Origin: Phoronis australis
Taxonomy: Eukaryota > Animalia > Phoronida
Assembly: GCA_002633005.1 (NCBI GenBank)
Contig: NMRA01000772.1
Coordinates: forward strand, 92,035 to 156,034
Reading direction: 5' to 3'
Length of the DNA stretch: 64,000 bases
Of the stretch, positions 37,501 to 48,985 are shown piece by piece. Below the pieces are notes generated by a model. That model was not told the origin of the DNA and ran no database searches. It worked only from the letters and a program-made list of their open reading frames with translations. Position 1 is the first letter of the stretch. Each line of letters begins with the position of its first letter. Position numbers and translations under genes: made by a program.

Positions 37501-40500
37501 ATGTATAGTCAACACAAACTTTGAAACGAATTTCGGAGAAATTATTGTCTGACTTTGATGCAGTGGCGACTTCGTGGAGACTTGGGATTTATCCTTCGTC
37601 GCAAAAGCTGAGGTCGCATTGGCGACCTGCAGCGATGAGAAAGCAAAAAAAATCAGTCTGGTCATCACGCCATCTGTTGGCCTCATGACGTGACCTTTTG
37701 AGATTTACATGTACATATGAATCAGAAGTCAATATGCATTGTGAACACCTGTAGGTCGGGCACCAGACGATATTCAAACAAAAAGTCGTAAGATGACCCG
37801 AGGTCGTTTTCGCTCGTAATTTTACATTCGCAATTTCAAGCTCGTATTTTTCACATGTTATGAAGTATTCAGAAGGTAAAATTTCAGGTGCAAAGTACTA
37901 AGTACAAAAGATTGACTGAATTTTTTTGCTGCCCTATCCATCCTAGGCACTTGAAACTGGCCCTTTTTAGTACATACTGATGTGCCAATATGTATATGTA
38001 GCAGGATGTCTGACAATGATTTGACATTGTTTTTAAGATAACCATGCTTTCTCATTTATTTAGGCAAAGTTTCATTCTCTTACTCTGAACAATGCGTGCA
38101 GAAGACGTATGACATTGCAATAAATATTGGTTCAAAAGGGCTTTTAGAGGGTTGTGTAGTAGAATTTCTAAATGTTGGTGGTAAATAATTCACTCTATAT
38201 TCAAGATCTTTGCGTATTAAAGTAATAGGTGGTTGTCTCGTGGAGTCGTACTTAAATATAATGACTATAAAGAGCAAAAATACCGTGACGATCGTAAAAC
38301 TTCTTTTGAGCTCACGTGACCAACAAACTAATTTCTTATTGGATATAGCGATTTCGGTCGTAAAACACGAGCGAAGTCTTGGTCGCAATCACGAGTGTGA
38401 TTATGGACAAACGATTTCGGTCTTAAAACGCAAGCGAAGTCTCGGTCGTAATCACGAGCGTAATTGTGGGCGAACAAATTTCGATCGTAAAACACGAGCG
38501 AAATCTCGGTCGTGATTACGAGCGTAATTACGCGCGACACTTTGGTTTTTATTAGACGCATTCAGTGTTACGGCTATACCGAAAACAACGCCCGGGTAAC
38601 AAAACACTTTATTTGGATTTCATATGCATCAGAATACGAAAAAATGAGTACGAACTTGCATTTCTAATTTCATATGTATTGCCAAACACCACTAGGGAGA
38701 AGTTGGCCGGGTACGGCCAGACGATTACGTGAAGCCTTTTGAATCAGAATTCAAATTTATTAATAACTTGGTTATCATTGCAGTTAGTAGTACAAGTAGC
38801 TGTAACAAAATTGTTGTTGTTGTTGTTGTTCATCTATATACTAGGTTTAAGGGAGAGGCTGGGGCTGGACCTTTTCCGCGAGGAGGGGGTAAAATTTCGC
38901 TGGCGAACCCGCCGAACCCCCTGGCTGTGGGCCTGGATTAACGTTGACGTATAGAGACAGAACAAATGATAAAAGTCACATTTACCTGACAGGCACTGGG
39001 ACATGTGCCCCAACAGGCTCTACCGACAGATGCACATTCATTTATAAGTTCCTTTGGTCCGAAACACCAACCAACCTTCCAACCAGTCACCGTGAAGGCT
39101 TTACCAGCACTTCCCAAGGTTATGGTTCGTTCCCACATACCAGGGAGAGTTGCTGAAACAAACGTTTTTTCAGTGTTGTACGATTAAACACTATTCACGA
39201 AAATATGTGGAAATATTTCAGTATAAAAATACGTGGAAACAGTTACACACGCCAAAATCTTCTATTTTCTGGCAATTGGAATCCATTGCTTGATCTCCTG
39301 TTCTCTAGTAATTGGAATCCGTTGCCTAGAATACGCATCCAAACATGAAACACATCCTGTTTTGGGCTTATTTATCGGATACACGGTGTCTCGAGGTACC
39401 ATCCCTCAGTGATATTAAGTATCTTTTGAAGTAGGTCCCTTACGTGTACTAAGTTGACTTCAAGTCCTTTTTACCGCAATTAAAAGTGGCTTGTGACTCT
39501 GGCATTGCTCAAGACAGAACTGAACACTTTGGTCTGAATTGTTCCCCATATTTAGGCCTAAATTTTCCAAAGCAATGTGTCTGTTAGCAACTGAAGGCAA
39601 TCTAAACAAGTTTTTATCAGTTGCACCTACAAAATTGCCGTCCCAGTCAAGTGACCATGAAAGCTTTTTCCCAGCTTAAAGAGAACGACAGTTAAATAGG
39701 TACTGCTTTAGTAGGCTGTTATCTTCGAACAGAATAAAATAGGATACGTTCTAGTAAACCGGAGTGTGCTGAGGTATCATTTATACAAACTTTCATGATG
39801 TTTCTCTGCATTAATTGGCATATAATTATAAGCAATCGACTTCAAGAATAAACATGAGCACAGCTACATGAATGTAACAAACCCATTCGAATGTGAACCG
39901 TTCCGTCAAACGTTAACCACTCATACACTTCGTCTGCTACACAGATGACCTTGTGTCGTCGGCAAAGATCAGCTACAACTTCCATCTCATCGCGGCTGTA
40001 AACCTGAACCATGAAAATGGAGGCTTCCATAACAGTTTCAACTACAAATTTATTTAAAATTATCGTGTTTTGTTTAAGATTATTCGACAAAAACAGCATT
40101 GCCGTCAGGCTTATCTCCATCGATACAGAGAGCAAACCAGATAGACTCACAGATATATTAAGTCTATCGCTTTGGAGAAAAAAAATTGCGGCCTTCCTTT
40201 ACAGTCACGTTGAATAATTTAATTTGAAATCACATACAAACCTTGCCCAGAGGGTTGTTGGGCGTGTTGAATATTAGCATTTTGGTCTTTGGGCTAAATT
40301 TACTGGCGAGCTCATCGGGATCAAGAGCAAAGTCACCGCTACGCAACACGTCATCTGATGAGTGTTCCTAAAATAATTGACTTAAAGTAAAGGTCAAGAA
40401 CGTGGCACTGCGTACGAAGTAGTTTATCGTGTACTGAACCGACCAAGTTCGACAACGGACACCTAGGGTCCATTTCATGAAAGTGCCGTAAGACTAAAGA

Positions 40501-43397
40501 CAGAAATTTGGTCTTACAATCCCACTGCTTTATTGTAGAATAAAGGTTTAGCCAAGTAATTATGAGCGAATGACAGTCTAGAAATAATTTGTAGTACCTC
40601 GGGGTTACATGTATGTGTATATTCTCAGACAGTTAGCACTTTTTGTTCAAGTGAGATTTAATTACTTTTCAGAAATAGTTGCCCAGAGCGTTAGACCAAA
40701 ACTGTTGTCTTAAGTCTTAACCACTTTTCATGAAACAGACCCTGCAATAAGGAATCTTGCAATTTTGATAACCAGCATTAAATACAGCAACGAGGTCATT
40801 TTCAGTCAGTAGCCGAGAAGGCCGGCTTCAACCAGTAATGACACAATTTTTCACAGAAATGACAGAATGCACCTGCTGCATTTAAGTCAGCGCCAGGGGT
40901 TAAACAGTATATTTATTTGAGGGGATTTAGTACTCTACATTATCGAATTGTAAAATTCAAAATAATAGAAAACACTATAATAGGAGACAATGAAATGCAC
41001 TATAAACCGTGGGTTGATGATTATATAAGAAAAGGAAACACAAGCGATAAGGAGAATAGAGACAGGTACACCGATCGTCTATTAACACTTTCGTAAACAA
41101 ACTCATGTAATGAAACTGCATCAACCTCTATAGAGAAATGTTCCATTTGTTCGGCAGCGTGTAGTACAGTAGGGCGGGTTTAGCAAACGTAGGCCTACGG
41201 GTTCGTGTACGTATGAATACTTATAGACTCTATTCCCGCGGCGGATATTAAAATCCAAAGCGAGGCTCACTGCGATAAACAAAGCGGAAATTTACATTGG
41301 TGAGTTAAATGGAGTCCAACCTGAATACTAAATCTTAAAAAATGTGTCAATAATTAACCTTAGAGACGCAGAAAAATACAATTAAAGAACAAGACAATAC
41401 ACCAAAGAGTTGTCTGACGAAAGGATATAGTTTTTCCGGAAAACTAGGTTCGAAACATGAAAAGTAAACATGACCAAATTGCGGCGATCGTAGTCATGAC
41501 GGCGACATCCCGTTGCTCCCAACTTGTTCGATTGTATAGCCCAACAACAAGTTGGGAAGTTTACCCCCCGTAGCCAATTAACTCCATTCTAGCGTTGATG
41601 GTTGAAGGGCCTGCGCTCTTTTGTTTGATAATTCTAATCTGCGATCAGATCGTATCTAGCCTGATTGGGGTGGGCTGATAAAAATGTAAATTAAGCCAGA
41701 AATTATCGCACGTTTAGCACCCCTCACGTCTGGAAAAGTTACTGAACGACAGGACGCTGTAATGTTACGGATTAGGTATCATGCTGAATGCAGGGTTACG
41801 ATTCTTCTAATAAATGCTTGATAAAAATGTTTTCTACACGAACCAGGTCATCTGGTCGTATTGTTGACGAGTTGAAGATATATTCGACAGTGGTGGCTCA
41901 TAGCATTTTGCTGTCATGTGCTATTAGCCTCATCTGGTTTACTTTGTTGATCAAGAGTAGGCCTATTAGCTTCAAGCATAGCCTAGGTCATGATGATGTA
42001 GGCACTACCGGGACTAACAGTGGATTTGTCATTGATCTGAAATAATACTTGATGTTATTAAATATATATTTTGATTACAAAAAAAATAGACTCGCAACTG
42101 AAAATAAAAATTATATAACCAACAATTCTGCTTTCTTGCTTACGTCTATTTCATGAGTTATATTTTTCAAATATCAATCTCGACCAAGTTGAATTTTAAA
42201 ATTAAAACACCTAATTCTTTCGTCCAAAGCATAACCTCGTTTTAGAGCTCAATTTCAGTTAACTGGACACACAGTAGCGGATTTAGAGGGGAGCCAAGGG
42301 GCTATGCCTCAGCCCCCTCTAAAATTCCCAGATTCCATTTGGCAGTTCAGGAACGCGAATTTTTGACGGGCAAAATCCTGGCTAATACTCTGCCTTGCCC
42401 CCCCCAACTCAAAGTCATGGATCCCCCTGGGACAAGCATAGTTATCATGTTTCTTCAGAGGCTTCGTTCATATCCGAGGGGAAAGGTGCTTCATGTGTGT
42501 GCGGCCTTCTGAGAGGGGAACGTTTCGCCGAGTGACGGGTCAGTGAAAACTCTACTGACCTCCCTATCACCATCAATAGCACCCCGCCATTTTTCAAGCT
42601 CTCATAGCTCTGTCTCAAGTAGCATTTTCAGTGGCTGATCTAGAATACCATATANNNNNNNNNNNNNNNNNNNNNNNNNNNNNNNNNNNNNNNNNNNNNN
42701 NNNNNNNNNNNNNNNNNNNNNNNNNNNNNNNNNNNNNNNNNNNNNNNNNNNNNNNNNNNNNNNNNNNNNNNNNNNNNNNNNNNNNNNNNNNNNNNNNNNN
42801 NNNNNNNNNNNNNNNNNNNNNNNNNNNNNNNNNNNNNNNNNNNNNNNNNNNNNNNNNNNNNNNNNNNNNNNNNNNNNNNNNNNNNNNNNNNNNNNNNNNN
42901 NNNNNNNNNNNNNNNNNNNNNNNNNNNNNNNNNNNNNNNNNNNNNNNNNNNNNNNNNNNNNNNNNNNNNNNNNNNNNNNNNNNNNNNNNNNNNNNNNNNN
43001 NNNNNNNNNNNNNNNNNNNNNNNNNNNNNNNNNNNNNNNNNNNNNNNNNNNNNNNNNNNNNNNNNNNNNNNNNNNNNNNNNNNNNNNNNNNNNNNNNNNN
43101 NNNNNNNNNNNNNNNNNNNNNNNNNNNNNNNNNNNNNNNNNNNNNNNNNNNNNNNNNNNNNNNNNNNNNNNNNNNNNNNNNNNNNNNNNNNNNNNNNNNN
43201 NNNNNNNNNNNNNNNNNNNNNNNNNNNNNNNNNNNNNNNNNNNNNNNNNNNNNNNNNNNNNNNNNNNNNNNNNNNNNNNNNNNNNNNNNNNNNNNNNNNN
43301 NNNNNNNNNNNNNNNNNNNNNNNNNNNNNNNNNNNNNNNNNNNNNNNNNNNNNNNNNNNNNNNNNNNNNNNNNNNNNNNATTATTATTATTATTATT

Positions 43398-43489
<92 letters not shown>

Positions 43490-46400
43490 TATTATTATTA
43501 TTATTATCATCATTATTACTGTTACTATTACTTTTGGTATCCTAGTAAGAGTCGCAGTAATAAAATTATCATTAATATCATCATCACAGTTGTTATTGGT
43601 GTGATTGCAATTATTTCTGTTATTGTAATTGTTATTTTTGCTATTGAAGGTGTCATGGAGAGTCCAAGTATTCAATTCTACAGATAAGATACAAATTAGC
43701 GATCATCTAACAAGTGATTTAATTATTCAACATTTGCGCGAGCTGTCATTCTTCAGCACACGTGCTAGCTCTCATTCTTCAGCTCACGCACGAGCTGTCG
43801 TTCTTCAGCACACGTGCGAGCTGTCATTCTTCAGCACACGCGCGAGCTGTCGTTCTTCAGCACACGCGCATGTGGTGTATTACCTCATCTCCTGGCGATA
43901 TTAGTCCGTTAATGATAACAAACAGCGCTCCTACACCACCAACGGTGACCACAACCTCCAACATTGGATCCAAGTCTCGATGAACCAGTGGCGAGTAAAG
44001 TTTAGCAATTGCTTCGACGAGTTGAGGGTCACCCTAAAAGTTTACACACAGAGCATGAGCGAGCGACACAGCATTTGCTTCGTAATAGCCAGTCAAATTA
44101 TCTCCACGTGTAACTAGATGGGGCATTTTTGGACAGAAAACATGGCATTGTCTTGGATTGGTCTAAAAACCCCTCGACCCCCACACCTCACGACCCACTT
44201 GAACCACAACCCACGAATTTGACCGTTTCATCACAAAAGCTCGTTACATGTACGACCCGTAATCAGAGCAAAACCAATTAACGATTAGAAAAGTGATTAG
44301 TCGACTCAGGCAATGGATTGAGGGAATTTGGAGGATAATAAAATATAAATGTCATCAACGGAAAAGGACTCTGCGACTGATCAAATGTTTTTGTAATCAC
44401 TTGAAAGCCCGAATAACGATATTTACAATACGCAAGCCGCATCTTTTGAGAAATAAAACTTCGACGAATTCAACCTCAAGAATTTGCTAATTCACAACCG
44501 CCTTGAAGGCATAAATATGCTTTTTAGAAGATTGGACAAGTAGGAATTATTAGCAAAGATACTGTACATGGTGTATATTAGTTGTTAGTCTTCTTATAAT
44601 CCGCATGTTGGTCACATCACGTGACCTACATGTATAACTAAGTCAAAATCTCTACTGGTGTTCGTCCCGCAGAATGGTGAATGTTGGCCAATTCCCCTTT
44701 TGTCCACTGACGTCACAAGCATACTGGCGCCCCCAGTGGAGGCCCTGAGAACTCGTAAATTAACCGAGTTCATGAACCCGGTAGTATCCAGCCTAGCAAC
44801 GGCCGAGCCAAGTTGGCGAACAGACTTGTATTTATTGTGGGACGTTGATTATCGCTTTTTTCTAAAAACATAATGCATGGTATATAATAATGAATGATGT
44901 ATAGTACCAATCAATTATGATTGAAAGATTCCTTTTTAATCGAGCGTAAACGAGGCTATTTCGCGTGGGGATAAAACTTTGGATTTGCCGGCGTGTTTAA
45001 CACAACAGTTGGATCGTGTTGCAGGATCGCTAGAGGGAATATTCCAATTTTCTTAATTTATTGGAACAATTTTGATTTTCTGAGAGGTATGACATGCAAC
45101 ATNCTTTTTAGAAGATTGGACAAGTAGGAATTATTAGCAAAGATACTGTACATGGTGTATATTAGTTGTTAGTCTTCTTATAATCCGCATGTTGGTCACA
45201 TCACGTGACCTACATGTATAACTAAGTCAAAATCTCTGCTGGTGTTCGTCCCGGGAACTTCCCGCAATCGCTGCAGACGTTTCGAGCCTCGTTCTGGAAA
45301 GGGAACTTTTTTCACACTTAGCCATAGACCACATGGCATGTAAGAAGACTACTAATTTCATGCGCACACCCAGCCTTTAACATAGAGGGGCTCGAATTTC
45401 TGGCGTTGTGGACCTTTCGACGGCAAAAAAGCGGCGGGGCCTAAAAAAATAAAGAAGTACCACCTCCAGAAGTGTGACCTGTGCGCCTTTTTAGTGGGCT
45501 TGAGTCTCGTTTTCTCGGACTTTCTGTTTCTCTGAGGCGGACCTTTTTGCCCATTTCGCGAAATGGGGGGGGGGGGGCTCGTTCGAGACCCCCGAGTTCC
45601 CCGGGTGCACTCATGATTCGTATTTTCACCACATCAATACGCTGACTTATAACAGTTAAGTCGACAAGAAGGGTTTTTGATTGCAGCAACTGAAGTAAAG
45701 GTTCTTCATTTAACAACTTCCTGTATAAGTAAACTTGTCACCATCTTACCGCGGAACGGGTGTATTGGTGAACCAATGGATCGCCAGATAGCGCCACTTG
45801 GCTCAGAAAATCTGTAACATACTGTGGACCAGAAAAGTCTGGAAATCCTTGACCTAAGTTGAGAGATGACGTCCGGGCGTGGTCTGTAAAGGAAACCCTG
45901 AAGGAAAAAGTAAAAATTTTCCATTTGAATGAAGGCCACAGACGAATTTTGGAAAATGACGCACTGTGCACACACAAAACTCAAGGACAATTGCGTAAAC
46001 TTAGGTTGTTTCCGCTCTTAACCCTCACCACTTTTTCATACAAACAAAAGCCTTTTGAGCCTATATTCATACCCAAACATACAAGTTTTTTATCGCTCCC
46101 CCCTCCACGGGCACTCTCCCAAATACATCAGTACGTCGCTTCGAGGGCTACGGCAAACATCGGTTTGTTCGAAAATGTGGTTGTCGTCGCTTACGGTATC
46201 TTAGAGCGGACATTGTAGATGACATAGCTGTAGCTTATTCTCTTCTATGAGGACTGCATTGTATCTCAATTTTTGTAGTTCGCACTTACACCTGTAGGGA
46301 CAACTTTAGAACACCTCGAATTTTATTGAGACGGAAATTTGGAAGAGACAAGTTGAAATCGTGTAACATTGTCTGAGAAACGTTTTTCCCCCATAACTGT

Positions 46401-47409
46401 TTCTGTCACCACCCACTCGCTGGTTCCCTGCATGCTTCATAACTAGCCAGCACGTAGGTATCACGCAATGGCACGCGCTTTAGCATTGGTCGATGTAACC
46501 TCGGTAGTCATTGGTTAGCTTTACAACACCGTGAAAAAATGGCGGACTGTGAATTACTTTTAGCCTTGTCATGCAAGTGGCGTGGCAGCAACTATTTCGT
46601 TTCTGCATTGATGTTTAATAGACGTGTGCTTGAAGCACATACATGTACAATAAACACCAAATATCTGGCCAATTTAACCGATGTGTTATTCGTAGCACTG
46701 TATGAATAGACAGGACACTATGGTAAACAAAAGTCATCGACAGTAGAAAGATGCATTCCGAAAAGGCGCAACCACAATTTCTAGGCTTCACATTTCCTGA
46801 ACATAAATTTTAAGCATCGATTTGTCTGTACAACAGACCACATTTACACGTCAGTCCATCCGAATCATGCCAGTTTATTTGCGTAAAGAGCTGCCTGTTG
46901 AGAATTCGACAAGCCAATCAGAAACGCCGGTGTAAAAAAAATTACCGAGGAAAATTAAGTGATACCTGCGTGCTGGCGCGGCTACCACCCCCCCCCCCTA
47001 GCGGTACGCAGGGAATCAGCGAGTCACCACCCAATGCGCTACTTGTACCTCCTACTGCTAAGAGCGCCATAACAGTGACTCTACCTTTTGGTTTCAAGTT
47101 AAGCAACACAAAACCTTTTCCAACCACCATAGAGTACGTAACACGCTCAAAGCTTAAGTGTTCTTGAGGTTTAGAGACAGTTCCACGGTGTCATTTTGTT
47201 TCAAATATTTAAAAGATCAAGGTCTTTATTTTTGTTAATGAGGCTAGAACACTCTTCCATGTCTCGTTCAGTTTTTAAAAAGCTTCCCGCTTTCAGTTTA
47301 AGCAAGAAAAAAAGTCAACACGCGCTGACAGACGGTTTGACTTGATGGCGACCCTGGGAAATAATTACCATTCATTCGTTGAAGGATTCTTGCCAGATGA
47401 TTCATCCAT
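34450..47409 (-). CDS. Kynurenine--oxoglutarate transaminase / cysteine-S-conjugate beta-lyase (KYAT1/KYAT3-like, class I PLP aminotransferase); join of 47369-47409, 45750-45897, 43884-44033, [missing exon], 40242-40367, 39883-40003, 38986-39152, 36047-36236, 35034-35191, 34450-34512
   Basis: NEWVSF...NLGQGFPDF...QYTR, NTPNNPLGKVYS, DEVYEWL, LPGMWERTITLGSAGKAFTVTGWKVGW (PLP lysine), GGYF, YARFCFFKKDETL. Phases are consistent. The exon expected to encode the EPFFDCY region was not found and probably lies in the N gap. Confidence 0.93.
35034..35191 (-). CDS. KYAT-like exon
   Basis: GFCRDKSEGKQENRFASWLAETKSIAVMPGEVFYGPEHKSTMGATYARFCFFK. Confidence 0.9.
36047..36236 (-). CDS. KYAT-like exon
   Basis: VAIAHSIEKEVSRFGSPDSYFVSLAREMAPKRQVLASILEKVGIRPIMPDGGYFVMCDITGAL. 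Confidence 0.93.
38349..38536. repeat. Tandem repeat, about three units of GATTTCGGTCGTAAAACACGAGCGAAGTCT.GGTCG.AATCACGAG
   Basis: Direct inspection; resembles transposon subterminal repeats. Confidence 0.8.
38986..39152 (-). CDS. KYAT-like exon carrying the PLP lysine
   Basis: ATLPGMWERTITLGSAGKAFTVTGWKVGWCFGPKELINECASVGRACWGTCPSACQ. Confidence 0.94.
39883..40003 (-). CDS. KYAT-like exon
   Basis: VYSRDEMEVVADLCRRHKVICVADEVYEWLTFDGTVHIRM. Confidence 0.93.
40242..40367 (-). CDS. KYAT-like exon
   Basis: EHSSDDVLRSGDFALDPDELASKFSPKTKMLIFNTPNNPLGK. Confidence 0.93.
40465..40743. mobile_element. MITE (PIF/Harbinger-like ends); partial inverted copy near 35840-35916
   Basis: TIR AGGGTC..TTTCATGAAA; AAGACAGAAATTTGGTCTTACA is reverse-complemented at about 35846-35870. 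Confidence 0.6.
42655..43379. other. Assembly gap (725 N)
   Basis: Run of n. Confidence 0.99.
43380..43520. repeat. (ATT)n/(ATC)n compound microsatellite bordering the gap
   Basis: Direct inspection. Confidence 0.97.
43739..43868. repeat. 26-bp minisatellite, five copies (CGAGCTGTCRTTCTTCAGCACACGYG)
   Basis: Direct inspection. Confidence 0.9.
43884..44033 (-). CDS. KYAT-like exon
   Basis: GDPQLVEAIAKLYSPLVHRDLDPMLEVVVTVGGVGALFVIINGLISPGDE. Confidence 0.93.
44520..45253. repeat. 150-bp direct duplication (44520-44669 and 45104-45253); the second copy starts right after n45103
   Basis: One substitution seen between copies; junction at an n. Confidence 0.88.
45750..45897 (-). CDS. KYAT-like exon
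   Basis: VSFTDHARTSSLNLGQGFPDFSGPQYVTDFLSQVALSGDPLVHQYTRSA. Confidence 0.93.
46415..47024. mobile_element. Non-autonomous DNA transposon, 610 bp, with TIRs and an 8-bp TSD; truncated relative at about 53263-53853
   Basis: TIR ACTCGCTG(G/A)TTCCCTGC plus inner GCCAGCACG(T/C)AGGTATCAC; CACCACCC flanks both ends. Confidence 0.85.
47369..47409 (-). CDS. KYAT-like first coding exon
   Basis: MDESSGKNPSTNE(W); split Trp TG|gtaatt; acceptor ttcag at 47429-47430 implies a further upstream exon. Confidence 0.72.
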
Positions 47410-48539
47410 GATGTCAGTGCACTTAGAACTGAAATGGATGAAAACAATAAAAATCCCACTTGAAGACTATTATAGAAAATTCTCAACCCGCCAATCCCTA
47501 CCAGTGTATCAATTTAAAGAGTGCCTGGTCTATGAAATAATGACCCACCATCAGGTGAAGCAGTGATTCTTATTCCGCATTTCTAACAGGACGAGGTTTG
47601 GCATGAAGTCTCACACGCGTGAACCAAACGTACTGTCTGTGGATGTGTTTAAAGACGACTGCAGAAACAAACAAAAAAGAATTGGCCACGTTTCCAAATG
47701 GTTGGAGCTTGCAGCGTTAAGAATGAGCGGTAGAACAATTTTTGTTGAGCTTGGGCTTGAAAAAAGGAACAGTTCTTGACAGCTCCAACACTATGCATGT
47801 AAATGAGTGTATTCTACGAGGTGTACAAAATCAGACAATATGAACAGTATATGGGCCAAAGACTTTAAATTGTTTTCTTTATGAAAAACAGGTGGAATCT
47901 GCATCAGCTGACGTCATCTCTTCAGTTATACAGCCCAGTCCCTCAGTGGGAGATAAGATTTAAGTCTCAATAACTTTCTTGGCTAAAATTTTGCAGGGAA
48001 ACAGCACCCAAATCTTTACTTTGCGTAAACGAACGAATCACAACACCACATCCCAGACACTAAGATGCTTTACAAGTCAAAGGTTCACATTTGTCCCGAG
48101 CAGGGAGAAAACTTGGCTAAGATGAAGCACGGAATACTGTGCACCATACAGAGGATGTAGAAGAGTTTAATTCACGTCCATCTTTCGAAAAGTCAACAGA
48201 ATGCAATTGTGAACAAAAGATTACGCCTATGTGGTGCAGTAAATAAAGTTTCATGCTCAATGAAAGTTATCAATACAATTACATAAACTAAATTTCAAAA
48301 CTAACGTAGACATAGATATCAGGGGCAATGACAGTTTTAAGCTTCAGGGTCTAACCCTTGATTTTAAATTCAGTTTTAATGCTCATGTTACTTCACTTTG
48401 TAAAAGAATTCAAGGCAACTGAATGCCCTCAAACCCCAGATTATTAAACAACAGTTGTTTTACAATCTGAGCTCAAACGTGTTGGCCACCATTTAAACTT
48501 GAATTGCAAACTCCCTCATTTGCCACTTTTTTTGTTTTC

Positions 48540-48985
48540 TCAAATTTTAATTTTTGTGGGCTAATGTTGCATTTTTGTACTAAAACGGGTAGCACTAAAA
48601 TCGAGAAGATCCAACAACGAGCACTCAGATTAATTAACTCTGATCATTCAGCGACATAGGATGGCCTTCTCTCTCGTTCTAATCTCCCTTCCCTACATAT
48701 CCGCAGTCTCAGAGCAATAGCAACAGAATACATTAAACTGTTTCCACAATAAGAGTCCCTGTTATCTTCACGATATCTTTGTTGAACGGGAAGGGTTCGC
48801 ATTCTTTTCCATGCCAGAGCACTGTAAATATCCCTTCCATTAGTACTGAAATATGAATTATTGTTTAGATATGCTTCTGATGAATTGTGGAATGACCTCC
48901 TAAACGAGACCCGCTTTTCTTTTCCACAGTTTAGCATACCGTCGTATAGATAGATGGCGTGGATCACCATGTCATTGTAATTTAT
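48540..48985 (+). mobile_element. CR1/L2-like LINE 3' fragment (decayed)
   Basis: FNFCGLMLHFC...KIEKIQQRALRLI..D.SAT*..LL..SNLPSLHIR.LRAIA.E..K, typical of the CR1-group ORF2 C-terminus. Confidence 0.75.

Noticed and set aside
41414-41475. Hammerhead-like CTGACGA...CGAAAC
   Set aside because: Stem II is not adjacent to the core and there is no UH cleavage site after stem III
42602-43675. 304 aa and 357 aa ORFs
   Set aside because: Artefacts of the N gap and the ATC/ATT microsatellite
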